Origin: Alphaproteobacteria bacterium
GTDB taxonomy: Bacteria > Pseudomonadota > Alphaproteobacteria > RF32 > CAG-239
DNA: 64,000 nucleotides
Direction of reading: 5' to 3'
Assembly: GCA_015062305.1 (NCBI GenBank)
Contig: SUUX01000003.1
Coordinates: forward strand, 74,160 to 138,159
The position numbers were made by a program, and so were the translations under genes. Under the pieces are notes generated by a model. That model saw only the letters and a program-made list of their open reading frames with translations, ran no database searches and was not told the origin of the DNA. Below are positions 11,341 through 22,255 of this stretch, one piece after another. Numbering within the stretch: position 1 is the stretch's first letter; each line of letters begins with the position of its first letter.

Positions 11341-12045
11341 GTGACTGCAAATAATTTGGAACATGTAGCTATAATTATGGATGGAAATGGTCGGTGGGCT
11401 CAGAAGAGAGGTTTGCCGAGGCTTGCCGGTCATGAAAAAGGAGCTGAAACATTACAAGAAGTTGTGAAGGCTGCTGTTGATTTGGGTGTTAGATATTTGA
11501 CTGTTTATGCTTTTTCAACAGAGAATTGGAATCGGGATAAAGAAGAAGTTTCCGGTTTGATGAAATTGTTGCGAAAGTACATGAACTCTGAATTTAAGCC
11601 AATGCAAGAAGAGGGTGTGCGTATCTTGTTTATGGGTGAACGAGATATGTTAGATGCCGATATTGTTGAGCAAATGGCTAAAATTGAAAGAGATTCAAAG
11701 GCAAATGATAAATTTACATTATGTATAGCTTTGAGCTATGGTTCTAGACAAGAGATTGTATCTGCAGTTAAAAAAATTGCATTGTTGGCAAAAAAAGAAG
11801 ATATTAATATCAAAGATATTGATGCACGTATGGTTGCAGATATGCTTTATACACGATCTATTCCAGATCCGGATATTGTTATTAGAACCAGTGGAGAAAA
11901 AAGAATAAGCAACTATTTGTTGTGGCAAATTGCGTATTCTGAGTTGTTTTTTACTCCAACTTTATGGCCTGATTTTGGGCGAGAAGAGTTAGAGCAAATT
12001 ATTTCTGAATTTAAACAAAGGGAGAGACGATATGGAAAAAACTAA
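11341..12045 (+). CDS. uppS: Undecaprenyl diphosphate synthase
   Basis: HVAIIMDGNGRWA and FSTENWNR motifs. GTG start. Confidence 0.9.
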   Translation: MTANNLEHVAIIMDGNGRWAQKRGLPRLAGHEKGAETLQEVVKAAVDLGVRYLTVYAFSTENWNRDKEEVSGLMKLLRKYMNSEFKPMQEEGVRILFMGERDMLDADIVEQMAKIERDSKANDKFTLCIALSYGSRQEIVSAVKKIALLAKKEDINIKDIDARMVADMLYTRSIPDPDIVIRTSGEKRISNYLLWQIAYSELFFTPTLWPDFGREELEQIISEFKQRERRYGKN

Positions 12046-12820
12046 GGTATATTCATTCGTAAAACGGGTTGTAACATCTTTGGTGTTGGCGCCTTTAGTT
12101 ATTGGATGTTTGTATGTAGGCTATCCCTTTGTGCAGATCATGGCATTGTTGGCAGGAGCCTTGATGGCTTGGGAATGGGCTCAGATGGTGCCTTCAGCAA
12201 GGGGTGCCTTTTTTGCTGTATTGTATACGTTTGTGACCACTGTTGCTATTTTTATGGGGCCTGATTGGCCGTATTTGGCAACTTTAGTGGTTGCTTTAAT
12301 TTTGGCTTGGTTTAAGGCAAAAGGTGAAGCTAGACGTAATTTGTTAGTTTTGGGTGTTACATATACATCTATCGGAATAGGCTCTATTATGTGGCTTTAT
12401 GAGTTGGTCGGTTTTGGTGTAGTGTTTTGGTTTATGTTAGTTGTTTGGTTTGTTGATATTGGAGGCTTAGTAGTTGGTTGTTCGTTGAAAGGACCCAAGC
12501 TTGCTCCGAAGATTAGTCCAAATAAAACGTGGTCAGGTTTGATTGGAGGTATGTTGTTTTCGGTGCTTGTCGGTAATTTTTTTTGTTGGAGCGTAGGTGC
12601 AGGAGCTCATTTGGTTTATTATGGAGTGTTGGCGGCTATAATTGCTGTGGTTGCTCAGATTGGTGATTTGGTGGAATCTAAGATTAAGAGAAGCTTGAAT
12701 TTGAAAGATTCTAGTAATTTGATACCGGGACATGGCGGAATTTTTGATAGAATCGATGGTCTGATTTTTGCAGCTCCATTTGTGTATATTTTGTTTAGGT
12801 ATGTTTTGTGGATTATATAG
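12032..12820 (+). CDS. cdsA: Phosphatidate cytidylyltransferase
   Basis: Polytopic membrane protein with C-terminal PGHGGIFDRIDGL. Overlaps the uppS stop. Confidence 0.85.
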   Translation: MEKTKVYSFVKRVVTSLVLAPLVIGCLYVGYPFVQIMALLAGALMAWEWAQMVPSARGAFFAVLYTFVTTVAIFMGPDWPYLATLVVALILAWFKAKGEARRNLLVLGVTYTSIGIGSIMWLYELVGFGVVFWFMLVVWFVDIGGLVVGCSLKGPKLAPKISPNKTWSGLIGGMLFSVLVGNFFCWSVGAGAHLVYYGVLAAIIAVVAQIGDLVESKIKRSLNLKDSSNLIPGHGGIFDRIDGLIFAAPFVYILFRYVLWII

Positions 12821-12834
12821 GTTAGGTTGTAGCT

Positions 12835-13965
12835 ATGGATTGGTTAATTAATATTGTATATTATGTGGTGCCGTTTGTTGTCCTTCTGGGCATATTGGTC
12901 TTTGTGCATGAATTGGGGCATTTCTTGGTGGCTCGCTTGTGTGGTGTTAGGGTTACGGAGTTTTCTATCGGCTTTGGTAAAAAGTTATGGGGACGAACAG
13001 ATAAACATGGTACAGAGTGGAGGATATCGGCAATTCCGTTGGGAGGATATTGTAAATTTTTAGGTGATGAAGATGCTGCAAGTTCTACAGATGGAAGTGC
13101 TAGTTTAAGTGAGGAAGATAAAAAGTATGCTTTTGGATTGCAGAATCCATTTAAAAAGTTGGCAATAGTGATTGCAGGTCCGGGAGCAAATTATCTGTTT
13201 GCTATTTTGATATTTGCTTCAATATTTTTCTTTTTGGGGAAAATGGATTTTCCATCGGTAGTCGGTGATGTGATTAAAGGAGGAGCAGCCGAGGCTGCGG
13301 GTATACTTCCTGGTGATAAAATATTGAGCGTTAATGGCAAAACAGTGAAGACTTTTACAGAGATGCGCCAAGAAGTTGATATGCATGTTGAGGGTGATAT
13401 TAAGATAGTAGTGGAACGTGCAGATAAGATTTTGAATTTTGCATTTAAATTGAAAAAAATTCCTTTTGAAGTGGAGGCAAATCAATCTAAAGAAAACAAG
13501 CCTATGCTTGGAGTGCGTTCTGTATGCCAAGTTGATGTTAAAGCTGAAAAAGTTACGTTGATGCAGGCTTTTGTAGATGCAACAAGAGAGACTTGGCGTA
13601 TTACTGAAGTTACTTTGCGTGGTGTCGGACAAATGATTACCGGAAAGCGAAATGCTGATGAGGTAGGTGGAATTTTGCGTATAGCGGAAATGTCCGGCGA
13701 TATATCTAAAAAAGATGGATTTGTCGATTTTGTAGCGTTTATGGCTTTGTTGTCTATCAATTTGGGTTTGATTAATTTATTTCCAATTCCTTTGTTGGAT
13801 GGTGGACACGTAGTTATTTATGTGTTGGAGATTTTAACACGAAGGGAAATTAATGAAAAAATTAAGGAAATTATTTTCCGCATAGGTTTTATGATACTTG
13901 TTGCATTAATGATTTTTGCAACATATAATGACTTCGCACATCTGTTTAAACGTTGGTTTTCTTAG
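12835..13965 (+). CDS. rseP: RIP zinc metalloprotease RseP
   Basis: HELGH zinc site, a PDZ domain, and C-terminal LLPIPLLDGGH. Confidence 0.88.
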   Translation: MDWLINIVYYVVPFVVLLGILVFVHELGHFLVARLCGVRVTEFSIGFGKKLWGRTDKHGTEWRISAIPLGGYCKFLGDEDAASSTDGSASLSEEDKKYAFGLQNPFKKLAIVIAGPGANYLFAILIFASIFFFLGKMDFPSVVGDVIKGGAAEAAGILPGDKILSVNGKTVKTFTEMRQEVDMHVEGDIKIVVERADKILNFAFKLKKIPFEVEANQSKENKPMLGVRSVCQVDVKAEKVTLMQAFVDATRETWRITEVTLRGVGQMITGKRNADEVGGILRIAEMSGDISKKDGFVDFVAFMALLSINLGLINLFPIPLLDGGHVVIYVLEILTRREINEKIKEIIFRIGFMILVALMIFATYNDFAHLFKRWFS

Positions 13966-13976
13966 AGGGTATAAGA

Positions 13977-16238
13977 ATGAAGATATTAGGCTATGGTAGT
14001 TTGGCTTTGGGGCTGTTGAGCAGTGTTTCGGCTCATGCGGCAACAATATATGTTAAAGATGTTGATGTTGATGGTTTGCAACGTGTTGAGCCAGAGACGG
14101 TACTCTCTTATGTGGATGTTCAAAAAAATTCTATGGTAGATGAGGAGCAATTGGATGCGTCTTTGAAACAATTGTATTCTACCGGATTGTTTGAAGATGT
14201 GTCTTTGAATGTAGATTCAAATGCAGTTTTGGTCATAAAAGTTCAAGAGAACCCTGTTGTAAATCAGGTGCTGTTTGATGGTAACGATAAGCTTGATGAT
14301 GAGATGCTGTTATCTGAAGTAGGGTTGGCTCCGCGTTCTACATATTCTAAATCCAAGGTACAAGAAGATGTTCAAAGGATATTGGAGGTTTATAAGCGTA
14401 GTGGACGTTATGCAACGGTGGTTGAGCCTCAAATTATTAAAAGGGATCAGAATCGTGTGGATCTGATATTTAAGATTGATGAGGGGCCTTTGGCGGTTAT
14501 TGATAAGGTTAATTTTATTGGTAATGTGCATTATGATCATGATGATTTGCAAGAAGTTATTATGAGCAAGGAAAGCCGTTGGTACAGGATATTTTCTTCT
14601 TCAGAAAACTATGACGCAGAAAAGACAAACTATGACAAAGAGTTGCTTCGCAGATTCTATTTGAAGCGTGGTTATGCTGATTTTCGTGTCGTTTCTGCTG
14701 TGGCAGAGCTTAGTCCGGATAGCAAGTCTTTTGTTTTGACTTATGTGTTGGATGAAGGAAAAAGATATAAAGTTAGAAATCAAGAAATTTTCTCTGAGAT
14801 TGATGATGTGAATCCGGATGAATTTATGGAATATCTGGAATTGGATGATGGCGATTGGTACAATAACGAAAAGGTTGAGAAGACAGTTACTGCTTTAACA
14901 GATGAATTGGGTAAAAAAGGGTTTGCGTTTGTTGATGTTGTACCCGAATTGGTTAAGCACACTGAAAGTGGTGATGTAGACATTATCTTTAATATTAATG
15001 AAGGTCAGCGTATTTTTGTTGATAGAATTAATATTAGCGGGAATACAAGAACTCATGATGAAGTTATTCGTAGAGAATTTAGAATCGAAGAGGGTGATGC
15101 TTTTAATGTATCTAAGATTAAAGATTCCCGTCGTAATGTAGAAAATTTGGATTATTTTAGTAAGGTAGATATCTCTACAACTCCTAAAGATGCAAATAAA
15201 GCAGATTTGGATGTTAAAGTAGAAGAAAAGTCTACAGGGTATTTTAATGTTGGTATAGGATATTCAACAGTTAATGGTGCTTTAGTTAGAGCCGGTGTCA
15301 CAGAAAATAACTTTAGAGGAATGGGACAACGTTTGAGTGTTGATGCCGGAGTGTCTCAACGTTCGCAAGATTATAATATTAGTTTTACAGAACCATATTT
15401 CTTGGATAGAAGATTGAGGGCTGGGTTTGATTTGTTCCGCACAGAGGAAGATTATCAAGATGAGAGTTCTTATGATAGTTCTACCACTGGAGGGCGTCTG
15501 CGTTTGGGCTGGAATTATACGGATGCTCTATCTCAACAAATTAGATATACTTTGCGAGAAGATGAAATATCTAATGTTGGTAGAGGCGCATCAAGATATA
15601 TTGCAGAAGAAGAAGGAAAATATGTTGATTCTTCTGTCGGTCAAACAATTGTTTATGATAAGAGAGATAGTGTAATTTCGCCTAAGGAAGGATATTTCTT
15701 GTCATTTGGAAATGATGTTGCTGGAGCAGGCGGAGATGAGAAATATTTGAAGTTTGATGCTAAAGCGTATCAATATTATACTTTGGCAGATCATTATACA
15801 TTTAAGCTATTTGCAAATGGTGGTTATATTACCGGTTATGGTGGTGAAGATGTTAGATTGTCAAATCGCTATAACTTGGGTGGTTATACCCTGCGAGGTT
15901 TTGATGTGGCCGGTATTGGCGCCAGAGATAAATATACCAAAGATGCTTTGGGTGGAAACTGGATGGTATATGCCGGTGCAGAGGTTGCGTTCCCAATTGG
16001 TTTGGATGAAGTTGGGATTAAAGGTCGTACCTTTGTTGATGTTGGTATGCTGGGTAAGCCGGATAACCTTAATACAGATGATGTTGAATATTCATCTAGT
16101 CCTCGTGTGTCTGCAGGTTTTGGATTCCAGTGGATGTCTCCGATGGGACAGATTGATGTTGATTTCGGATTCCCGATTGTTAAAGAAGATTATGATGAAA
16201 CCCAAGTATTCCGTTTGAACTTTGGTACCAGATTATAA
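13977..16238 (+). CDS. bamA: Outer membrane protein assembly factor BamA
   Basis: Signal peptide MKILGYGSLALGLLSSVSAHA, POTRA repeats, and a C-terminal beta-barrel ending FGTRL. Start placed at the internal Met after a GAGGG RBS. Confidence 0.9.
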   Translation: MKILGYGSLALGLLSSVSAHAATIYVKDVDVDGLQRVEPETVLSYVDVQKNSMVDEEQLDASLKQLYSTGLFEDVSLNVDSNAVLVIKVQENPVVNQVLFDGNDKLDDEMLLSEVGLAPRSTYSKSKVQEDVQRILEVYKRSGRYATVVEPQIIKRDQNRVDLIFKIDEGPLAVIDKVNFIGNVHYDHDDLQEVIMSKESRWYRIFSSSENYDAEKTNYDKELLRRFYLKRGYADFRVVSAVAELSPDSKSFVLTYVLDEGKRYKVRNQEIFSEIDDVNPDEFMEYLELDDGDWYNNEKVEKTVTALTDELGKKGFAFVDVVPELVKHTESGDVDIIFNINEGQRIFVDRINISGNTRTHDEVIRREFRIEEGDAFNVSKIKDSRRNVENLDYFSKVDISTTPKDANKADLDVKVEEKSTGYFNVGIGYSTVNGALVRAGVTENNFRGMGQRLSVDAGVSQRSQDYNISFTEPYFLDRRLRAGFDLFRTEEDYQDESSYDSSTTGGRLRLGWNYTDALSQQIRYTLREDEISNVGRGASRYIAEEEGKYVDSSVGQTIVYDKRDSVISPKEGYFLSFGNDVAGAGGDEKYLKFDAKAYQYYTLADHYTFKLFANGGYITGYGGEDVRLSNRYNLGGYTLRGFDVAGIGARDKYTKDALGGNWMVYAGAEVAFPIGLDEVGIKGRTFVDVGMLGKPDNLNTDDVEYSSSPRVSAGFGFQWMSPMGQIDVDFGFPIVKEDYDETQVFRLNFGTRL

Positions 16239-16250
16239 GGAGCAATTAGA

Positions 16251-17264
16251 ATGGTTGATTCTCGTTTTTACAAAAATAATGGTCCTTTTAGTCTAGCTAA
16301 GGTGGCAGAAATTTGTGGCGCAACTTTGGAAGATGCCACAAAGTCTGATGTGGAAATTAAAGATCTGGCTACTTTGAATAGTGCTGAAGAAGGAGATATT
16401 TGTTTTTTCTTTGATAAAAAGAAAAAAGCAAAGGGGGCTGAAATAAAAGCAACAGCCTGCGTAACAACAAAAGAGTTGGCTGAATTTGTTGCTCCGGGGG
16501 TTGTTAAGCTGATTGCTGATAATCCTCATGATGGGTTTGTAAAGCTAAATTATGCTTTGTATAGCGAGATATTGCCAGAACCAGAAATTAAATCTACAGC
16601 GGTTATTGCAGTTTCTGCGCAGATTGGTGAAGGCTGTTTTATTGGTGATTATGTTGTTATTGGAGAAAATGTAAAAATCGGTGCAAATTGTATAATTGAA
16701 CCTAATGTTGTGATAGGTCATGATTGTGTGATTGGTGATAATTGCAGAATAGGAGCCGGGGCAAATGTTATGCATTGTCTGATGGGTAACAATTGCTATA
16801 TATATGGCGGAGCTCGTATCGGATGGGATGGTTTTGGTTTTACAACAGTTGCAGGGGTGCATAAGAGAATACCTCAGTTGGGAAGAGTGATTATTGGCAA
16901 TGATGTTGAAATTGGTGCTAATAGCTGCATTGATAGAGGTGCTCTTGATGATACGGTGATTAGAGATGGTTGCCGTATAGATGATTTAGTGATGTTGGCG
17001 CATAACAATACTTTAGGTCGTGGCTGTATTTTGGTTTCTCAAACCGGTATCGCTGGGAGCTGTGAGTTTGGCGATTATGTTGTCTGCGGTGGCCAAGTGG
17101 GAGTAGCCGATCATTTGAATATCGGCTCTGGTGTGCAAATTGGCGCTCAATCAGGCATTATGCGAGACATCGAACCTGGCTCAGTGGTTATGGGATATCC
17201 GGCCGTGCCTATTAAGGACTTTATGCGTCAGGTTTCATATATTCAGAAGGCCGTAAAAAAATAA
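16251..17264 (+). CDS. lpxD: UDP-3-O-acylglucosamine N-acyltransferase
   Basis: Left-handed beta-helix hexapeptide repeats; 337 aa; sits in the conserved position after bamA. Confidence 0.9.
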   Translation: MVDSRFYKNNGPFSLAKVAEICGATLEDATKSDVEIKDLATLNSAEEGDICFFFDKKKKAKGAEIKATACVTTKELAEFVAPGVVKLIADNPHDGFVKLNYALYSEILPEPEIKSTAVIAVSAQIGEGCFIGDYVVIGENVKIGANCIIEPNVVIGHDCVIGDNCRIGAGANVMHCLMGNNCYIYGGARIGWDGFGFTTVAGVHKRIPQLGRVIIGNDVEIGANSCIDRGALDDTVIRDGCRIDDLVMLAHNNTLGRGCILVSQTGIAGSCEFGDYVVCGGQVGVADHLNIGSGVQIGAQSGIMRDIEPGSVVMGYPAVPIKDFMRQVSYIQKAVKK

Positions 17265-17279
17265 AAGGAAATTGATATA

Positions 17280-17729
17280 ATGTCTGAAAATAAAATTTAT
17301 AATGTTGAAGAAATTATGCATATGCTTCCTCATCGTTATCCGTTTTTGTTGCTCGACAGGTTAGAAGTTGAGGTTCCGGGTGAAAAAGGTGTTGGATTGA
17401 AAAATGTTACCATGAATGAAGAATTTTTTCAGGGACATTTTCCCGGTAATCCGGTGATGCCAGGAGTGTTGCAGATTGAGGCAATGGCTCAAACCGCCGG
17501 TGCTATAGTTATTGCTGCGGAAGAAGACTACAAAAACAGTACAAAGAGTGTTTTGTTTATGTCGGTAGATGGCGTAAAATTCCGCAAGCCGGTTAAGCCT
17601 GGCGATCAAATGAAAATGCATGTAGAAAAAATCAGAGAACGTCGCAATGTATATGTTTTTAAGGGACAAAGTATTGTTGACGGGCAGGTTGTTTCTGAGG
17701 CAGAATTTACAGCAATGATTGTTGGATAA
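17280..17729 (+). CDS. fabZ: 3-hydroxyacyl-ACP dehydratase
   Basis: Hot-dog fold with the PHRYPFLLLDR...GHFPGNPVMPGVL motif. Confidence 0.92.
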   Translation: MSENKIYNVEEIMHMLPHRYPFLLLDRLEVEVPGEKGVGLKNVTMNEEFFQGHFPGNPVMPGVLQIEAMAQTAGAIVIAAEEDYKNSTKSVLFMSVDGVKFRKPVKPGDQMKMHVEKIRERRNVYVFKGQSIVDGQVVSEAEFTAMIVG

Positions 17730-17742
17730 TTTACAATTTTGC

Positions 17743-17775
17743 AGAAGGCCGCTCAAGTTGAGCGGCCTTTTTTGT
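17743..17775 (+). terminator. Rho-independent terminator after fabZ
   Basis: aaggccgctcaagttgagcggcctt followed by tttttt. Confidence 0.7.
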
Positions 17776-17843
17776 ATATAGTATGTAAATAGTGTTTTGA
17801 GTTTTATTTGTTGTGATATAAAATTGACTCCTAATAAGGAGTT

Positions 17844-19094
17844 GTGATGAAAAAAATTTTGCTTTGTTTATCTAGAGATCAAAATAATATTTTTGTTCCA
17901 AGCGGTTCATATGTTGATGACATAAGAAGTTTGGGTGGGAATTCCGGTAATAATATTTTTCAGTATTCGATTCAGAATATATTACCGCAAGATGAAATTG
18001 AGGTAGTCTCCAGAAGAAAGTGTGCAACGATCAAAGATTTTAGTCCTTATAGAGCCTTGGTTATATTGCCAGCCAATATTTTGGCTCGGAATATGGCGCA
18101 AAGATTAAAATCTTGGACTGAGATTATTAAACAAAGCAAGTTGCCAACTTTTGCAATTGCTGTGGGTGCTCAGTCTAAATATGATTTTGATTTTAGTTTT
18201 TTACAAGCAATTAAGACAGAAGCAACGGATTTTGTAAAAGCCATTTTAGACAGTGGTGGTGCAATTGGTGTTAGGGGTTATTTTACACAAGAGGTTATAA
18301 AAAAGCTTGGTTTTGCCAGTGAAGATATTGATGTAATCGGATGTCCTTCTATTTTTGTGAAGGGGCCTGATTTGCACATTGACAAGCATTCTGTAATGCC
18401 TGAAAACTTGGTGCCGATGGTTAATGGAAATCCGGTATGGAATCACAAAGATATCGGAAAATATTTTGACAAGTATGAAAATTCTTATTTTGTGGATCAA
18501 GATAAGTTTTATAAGATGTTGTATTATCCAGAAGAATTAACAAGAAAAGACCTAAAATATTTGCGTGGAAGAAAAGGTTTGTGGATGAATATGTATATGC
18601 ATGACCGCATAAAATTTTATGGTGATTATGGGGCGTGGGTAAATGGTTTGCGTGATTTGGGTATAAATTTTTCTTTTGGCAGCAGAATACATGGAAGTAT
18701 ATTGCCTATTTTGCAGGGAATCCCGGCGTATATTTTGGCAACAGATTCAAGAGTGAGAGAATTGGCAGAATATTTTGAAATTCCTTTTGAGAAAATGCCC
18801 AAAAGGTTGGATGATTTGCATACATATTATGAAAAAGCAGATTATTCTAATTTTAACCGTAATTTTGCAGCTAAATATGCAAAATTTAAGACTTTTGTTG
18901 AGAAAATAGGTGTTTCAATTTTGGTGCCAGAGATAAAGATTGCGACAACAAACAAAATGATAGAAATTTCTGCGGCAAATAAGGCTGTGATGCAGGCTCA
19001 TGCTAAAGTGTGCGGAAGGTCTCGGTTTGTGTATATGTTGTATGCTATGCTAAAATCTTTGAGTAGATTTAAATTTGGCAAAATAGATGTGTGA
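17844..19094 (+). CDS. Hypothetical 416-aa protein inserted in the lpx cluster; possibly polysaccharide pyruvyl-transferase-like
   Basis: The N-terminal G-x-Y...GNSGNNIF...L is loosely reminiscent of the GNLGDEAI motif of PS_pyruv_trans enzymes. It has its own flanking terminator and an AT-rich promoter region. Assignment is weak. Confidence 0.5.
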   Translation: MMKKILLCLSRDQNNIFVPSGSYVDDIRSLGGNSGNNIFQYSIQNILPQDEIEVVSRRKCATIKDFSPYRALVILPANILARNMAQRLKSWTEIIKQSKLPTFAIAVGAQSKYDFDFSFLQAIKTEATDFVKAILDSGGAIGVRGYFTQEVIKKLGFASEDIDVIGCPSIFVKGPDLHIDKHSVMPENLVPMVNGNPVWNHKDIGKYFDKYENSYFVDQDKFYKMLYYPEELTRKDLKYLRGRKGLWMNMYMHDRIKFYGDYGAWVNGLRDLGINFSFGSRIHGSILPILQGIPAYILATDSRVRELAEYFEIPFEKMPKRLDDLHTYYEKADYSNFNRNFAAKYAKFKTFVEKIGVSILVPEIKIATTNKMIEISAANKAVMQAHAKVCGRSRFVYMLYAMLKSLSRFKFGKIDV

Positions 19095-19203
19095 TGCAAC
19101 GCTTTGTTGTATTGTTTCTAATCTGAAATATTAAGTGTTTTTACTTGCAATTAAAAATTTTTTAGAGTTATAGCATAGTTTAACATTTGTAAGGATAAAA
19201 AAT

Positions 19204-20031
19204 ATGGCAAAAATTCATCCAACAGCAGTTGTAGAAGATGGTGCGCAGATTGCAGATAGCGCAGAAATAGGACCTTTGTGCTGGGTTTCTGCTAAGGCTA
19301 AAATTGGAGAAAAAGTACGTCTGTTAGGGCGAGTTACTATTATGGGTGATACAACTATTGGCGAAGAGACAGTTGTGTTCCCCGGTGCTGTTTTGGGTGC
19401 AGGGCCACAAGATCATGGAAATGAGTTTTTGGAAGGAGCAAAGCTTGTTATTGGTAAACGCAATGTTATCAGAGAAAATGTGACGATGCATTGTGGCACA
19501 CCCAAGGGACAAAATCCAATTGCCGGAGAAGAAGCAGAAAAGATGATTACCCGTGTTGGTGATGATGGTATGTTTATGATAAATTCTCATATTGCTCATG
19601 ACTGTGTGGTTGGAAATAATGTGATTATGACAAATAATGCCGTTATTGCAGGCCATGTGCGTTTGGGCGATGGTGTTATTTTGGGAGGCAACTCTGCTGT
19701 GCACCAGTTCTGTAGAATTGGGCGCAAAACCATGGTTGGTGGAATGACCGGAGTGGACAGAGATGTTATTCCGTTTGGTATTGTTACCGGAGATAGAGGA
19801 AAGCTACGAGGTTTGAATGTTATTGGTTTGAAACGTAGCGGAATGGATGAGCATACAGTGAAGTCTATTACCAGAGCATTTATGTTTGTCTTTAAGGGTA
19901 AAGAAGGTACTTTTGAAGAGCGTCTGGAAAAAGCAAAAGAAAAATTTGCTGATAATGAGATGGTGATGGAGCAGATTAACTTTATCGGTGAGTCTTTGGC
20001 CGGTCGTCGCAAAGTTATGACTGCTGAATGA
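19204..20031 (+). CDS. lpxA: Acyl-ACP:UDP-GlcNAc O-acyltransferase
   Basis: Hexapeptide-repeat LbH protein of 275 aa that begins MAKIHPTAVVEDGAQI. Confidence 0.92.
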   Translation: MAKIHPTAVVEDGAQIADSAEIGPLCWVSAKAKIGEKVRLLGRVTIMGDTTIGEETVVFPGAVLGAGPQDHGNEFLEGAKLVIGKRNVIRENVTMHCGTPKGQNPIAGEEAEKMITRVGDDGMFMINSHIAHDCVVGNNVIMTNNAVIAGHVRLGDGVILGGNSAVHQFCRIGRKTMVGGMTGVDRDVIPFGIVTGDRGKLRGLNVIGLKRSGMDEHTVKSITRAFMFVFKGKEGTFEERLEKAKEKFADNEMVMEQINFIGESLAGRRKVMTAE

Positions 20032-20084
20032 TGAAATTAGATACTTTGGTATAGGTATAGTCAATGCCAAAGTAGGGGTTTGAT

Positions 20085-20924
20085 ATGAATAAGAGCAATC
20101 GAAAATTAGGGATTATTGCTGGTGGAGGGACTATTCCAGCCATGTTGGTGCGCCATTGTTTGGAGCAAGGGCGAGACTTTTTTGTGTTGGCAATAGAAGG
20201 AAATGCCGATAAGACATTTTTTTGTGGCGATATACCCCATCAATGGATTAGAATTGGGCAAGCAGGGACAGGGTTTAAGCGTTTTGCAGAAGAAAAGGTG
20301 CAAGATGTTGTAATGATAGGAACTATTCGTCGTCCGAGTTTCTTTGATTTGGTGCCAGACTTACGAACAACTGCTTTTTTTGCCAAAATAGGAACTAAAG
20401 CTTTGGGCGATGATGGAATTTTGCGTGCTTTGGTTAAAGAAATTGAAGCTGAAGGCATGGCTGTCAAGGGCGTGCATGAAGTGATGAATGATTTGTTGGT
20501 TAAACAAGGAGTAATGGGCAAGCACAAGCCGGATAAGCAAGCCAAAGAAGATATTCGCAGAGGAATTGAAGTTGCAACAGAACTTGGCAAGCTAGATGTT
20601 GGACAGGCTGTGGTTGTGCAACAAGGATTGGTGCTTGGTGTTGAAGGAATTGAAGGAACAGATGAGCTAATCAGACGTTGTGGGGGTTATCGCCGAAAAG
20701 GAGATGGCGGTGTGTTGGTTAAGCTTAGGAAACCTCAACAAGATATGCGCATAGATTTGCCGACAATTGGTACAAGAACCGTAGAAAGAGCAAAAGAAGC
20801 TGGTTTGAGAGGAATTGTTGTTCATGCCGGAAATGGTTTGGTTGTTGATGAGGCAGATGTTATAAAATTGGCTGATAAATATGGACTTTTTGTGATGGGA
20901 GTGAATCCTGGTGACGAAATCTGA
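20085..20924 (+). CDS. lpxI: UDP-2,3-diacylglucosamine hydrolase LpxI (DUF1009)
   Basis: 279 aa with N-terminal LGIIAGGGTIP; conserved position between lpxA and lpxB as in alphaproteobacteria. Confidence 0.75.
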   Translation: MNKSNRKLGIIAGGGTIPAMLVRHCLEQGRDFFVLAIEGNADKTFFCGDIPHQWIRIGQAGTGFKRFAEEKVQDVVMIGTIRRPSFFDLVPDLRTTAFFAKIGTKALGDDGILRALVKEIEAEGMAVKGVHEVMNDLLVKQGVMGKHKPDKQAKEDIRRGIEVATELGKLDVGQAVVVQQGLVLGVEGIEGTDELIRRCGGYRRKGDGGVLVKLRKPQQDMRIDLPTIGTRTVERAKEAGLRGIVVHAGNGLVVDEADVIKLADKYGLFVMGVNPGDEI

Positions 20925-22086
20925 AAATTTGAAAGTGTATTTGATTGCGGGTGAACCATCGGGAGATTTGTTGGGTTCCAGATTTATGCGAGCTTTGCGC
21001 AAAAAAACAGGTGGCAAGGTTGAATTTTTTGGTTTGGGTGGCGATACCATGGAAGCCGAGGGGCTGGAGTCTATATTTGATATCAGCGATTTGGCAATTA
21101 TGGGGTTGGTAGAGGTTGTGCCAAGCATACCCAAAGTGTTGCGTCACATAAAAAATACAGTGGCAGATATCGTCAGAGTGCAGCCCGATATTGTGATTAC
21201 GATTGATAGCTGGAGTTTTTGCGCCAGAGTGCATAAGGCTTTGCGCAAGCTAAAAACCGGCATTGTGCAGCTGCACTATGTTGCGCCGCAGGTATGGGCG
21301 TGGAAAAAGAAAAGAGCTAAGACAATGTATAAGTATATAGATGCTTTGATGACGTTATTGCCACAAGAGCCAAAATATTTTATACCTCATCATTTGGAAA
21401 CGGTCTTTGTGGGGCATCCGGTGATTGAGAGCGAGGCTCTGAACGCAGATGGGACAGCATTTAGAAAAAAATATAAAGTCGCTCCAGAAAAGAAAATCAT
21501 CACGGTTTTGCCTGGATCGCGCAAGACAGAGGTGGCAAAGTTGTTGCCGGTGTTCTTGGAAAGTGCAAGACAGTTATTGGCTAAAAATAGTGATTTTTAT
21601 TTTGTTGTGCCAACTGTAAAAACTGTTGCCGCAAAAGTAAAAGAGATGGTGGCGCAGAGTGGGTTACCAATCAAGGTGGTAGAAACACAAGAAGAAAGAT
21701 ATCAGGCTTTTAGAGCCTCCGAGGCGGCAATTGCGGCATCGGGAACAGTGGCTTTGGAGCTTGCGATTTGTCATATTCCGCATTTGGTGGCATATAAAGT
21801 TTCGCCATTGACAGCATGGATTGTGGGCAAGATTATGAAAATTCAATTTGTGAATTTGACAAATATCATGCTCGGTCGTTTGGTGGTGCCGGAATTGTTG
21901 CAAGAGCAATGCACAAGTGGTGTAATTGCTCGGCAAACAGAAGAGCTTTTGGCAAAGGGAGCGCTTTATGAAAGAGAGATGGATGGTTTTGCCAAAGTGA
22001 AAAATACTTTGAGTAATGGTCAGCAGACTCCTAGCGAAAATGCTGCAGATTTTGTGCTTGATCTGATTGGACGAAATAAAAAGTAA
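20911..22086 (+). CDS. lpxB: Lipid-A-disaccharide synthase
   Basis: GT-B fold glycosyltransferase, 391 aa, beginning VYLIAGEPSGD. GTG start overlaps the lpxI stop. Confidence 0.88.
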   Translation: MTKSENLKVYLIAGEPSGDLLGSRFMRALRKKTGGKVEFFGLGGDTMEAEGLESIFDISDLAIMGLVEVVPSIPKVLRHIKNTVADIVRVQPDIVITIDSWSFCARVHKALRKLKTGIVQLHYVAPQVWAWKKKRAKTMYKYIDALMTLLPQEPKYFIPHHLETVFVGHPVIESEALNADGTAFRKKYKVAPEKKIITVLPGSRKTEVAKLLPVFLESARQLLAKNSDFYFVVPTVKTVAAKVKEMVAQSGLPIKVVETQEERYQAFRASEAAIAASGTVALELAICHIPHLVAYKVSPLTAWIVGKIMKIQFVNLTNIMLGRLVVPELLQEQCTSGVIARQTEELLAKGALYEREMDGFAKVKNTLSNGQQTPSENAADFVLDLIGRNKK

Positions 22087-22255
22087 AAATCTGATAAAAA
22101 ACGGAAATTTATGAAAAAATTGTAGTGCTCGTTAATAAATAAATAACGAGTTGGCGGTATATTTGACTAAATAATAAAAAAAAGCTTGATTTAAAATTTT
22201 ATTTGTGTTATTTTGGACAAAATTTACAAAACAAACAAAATTTGGAGACTACAAG

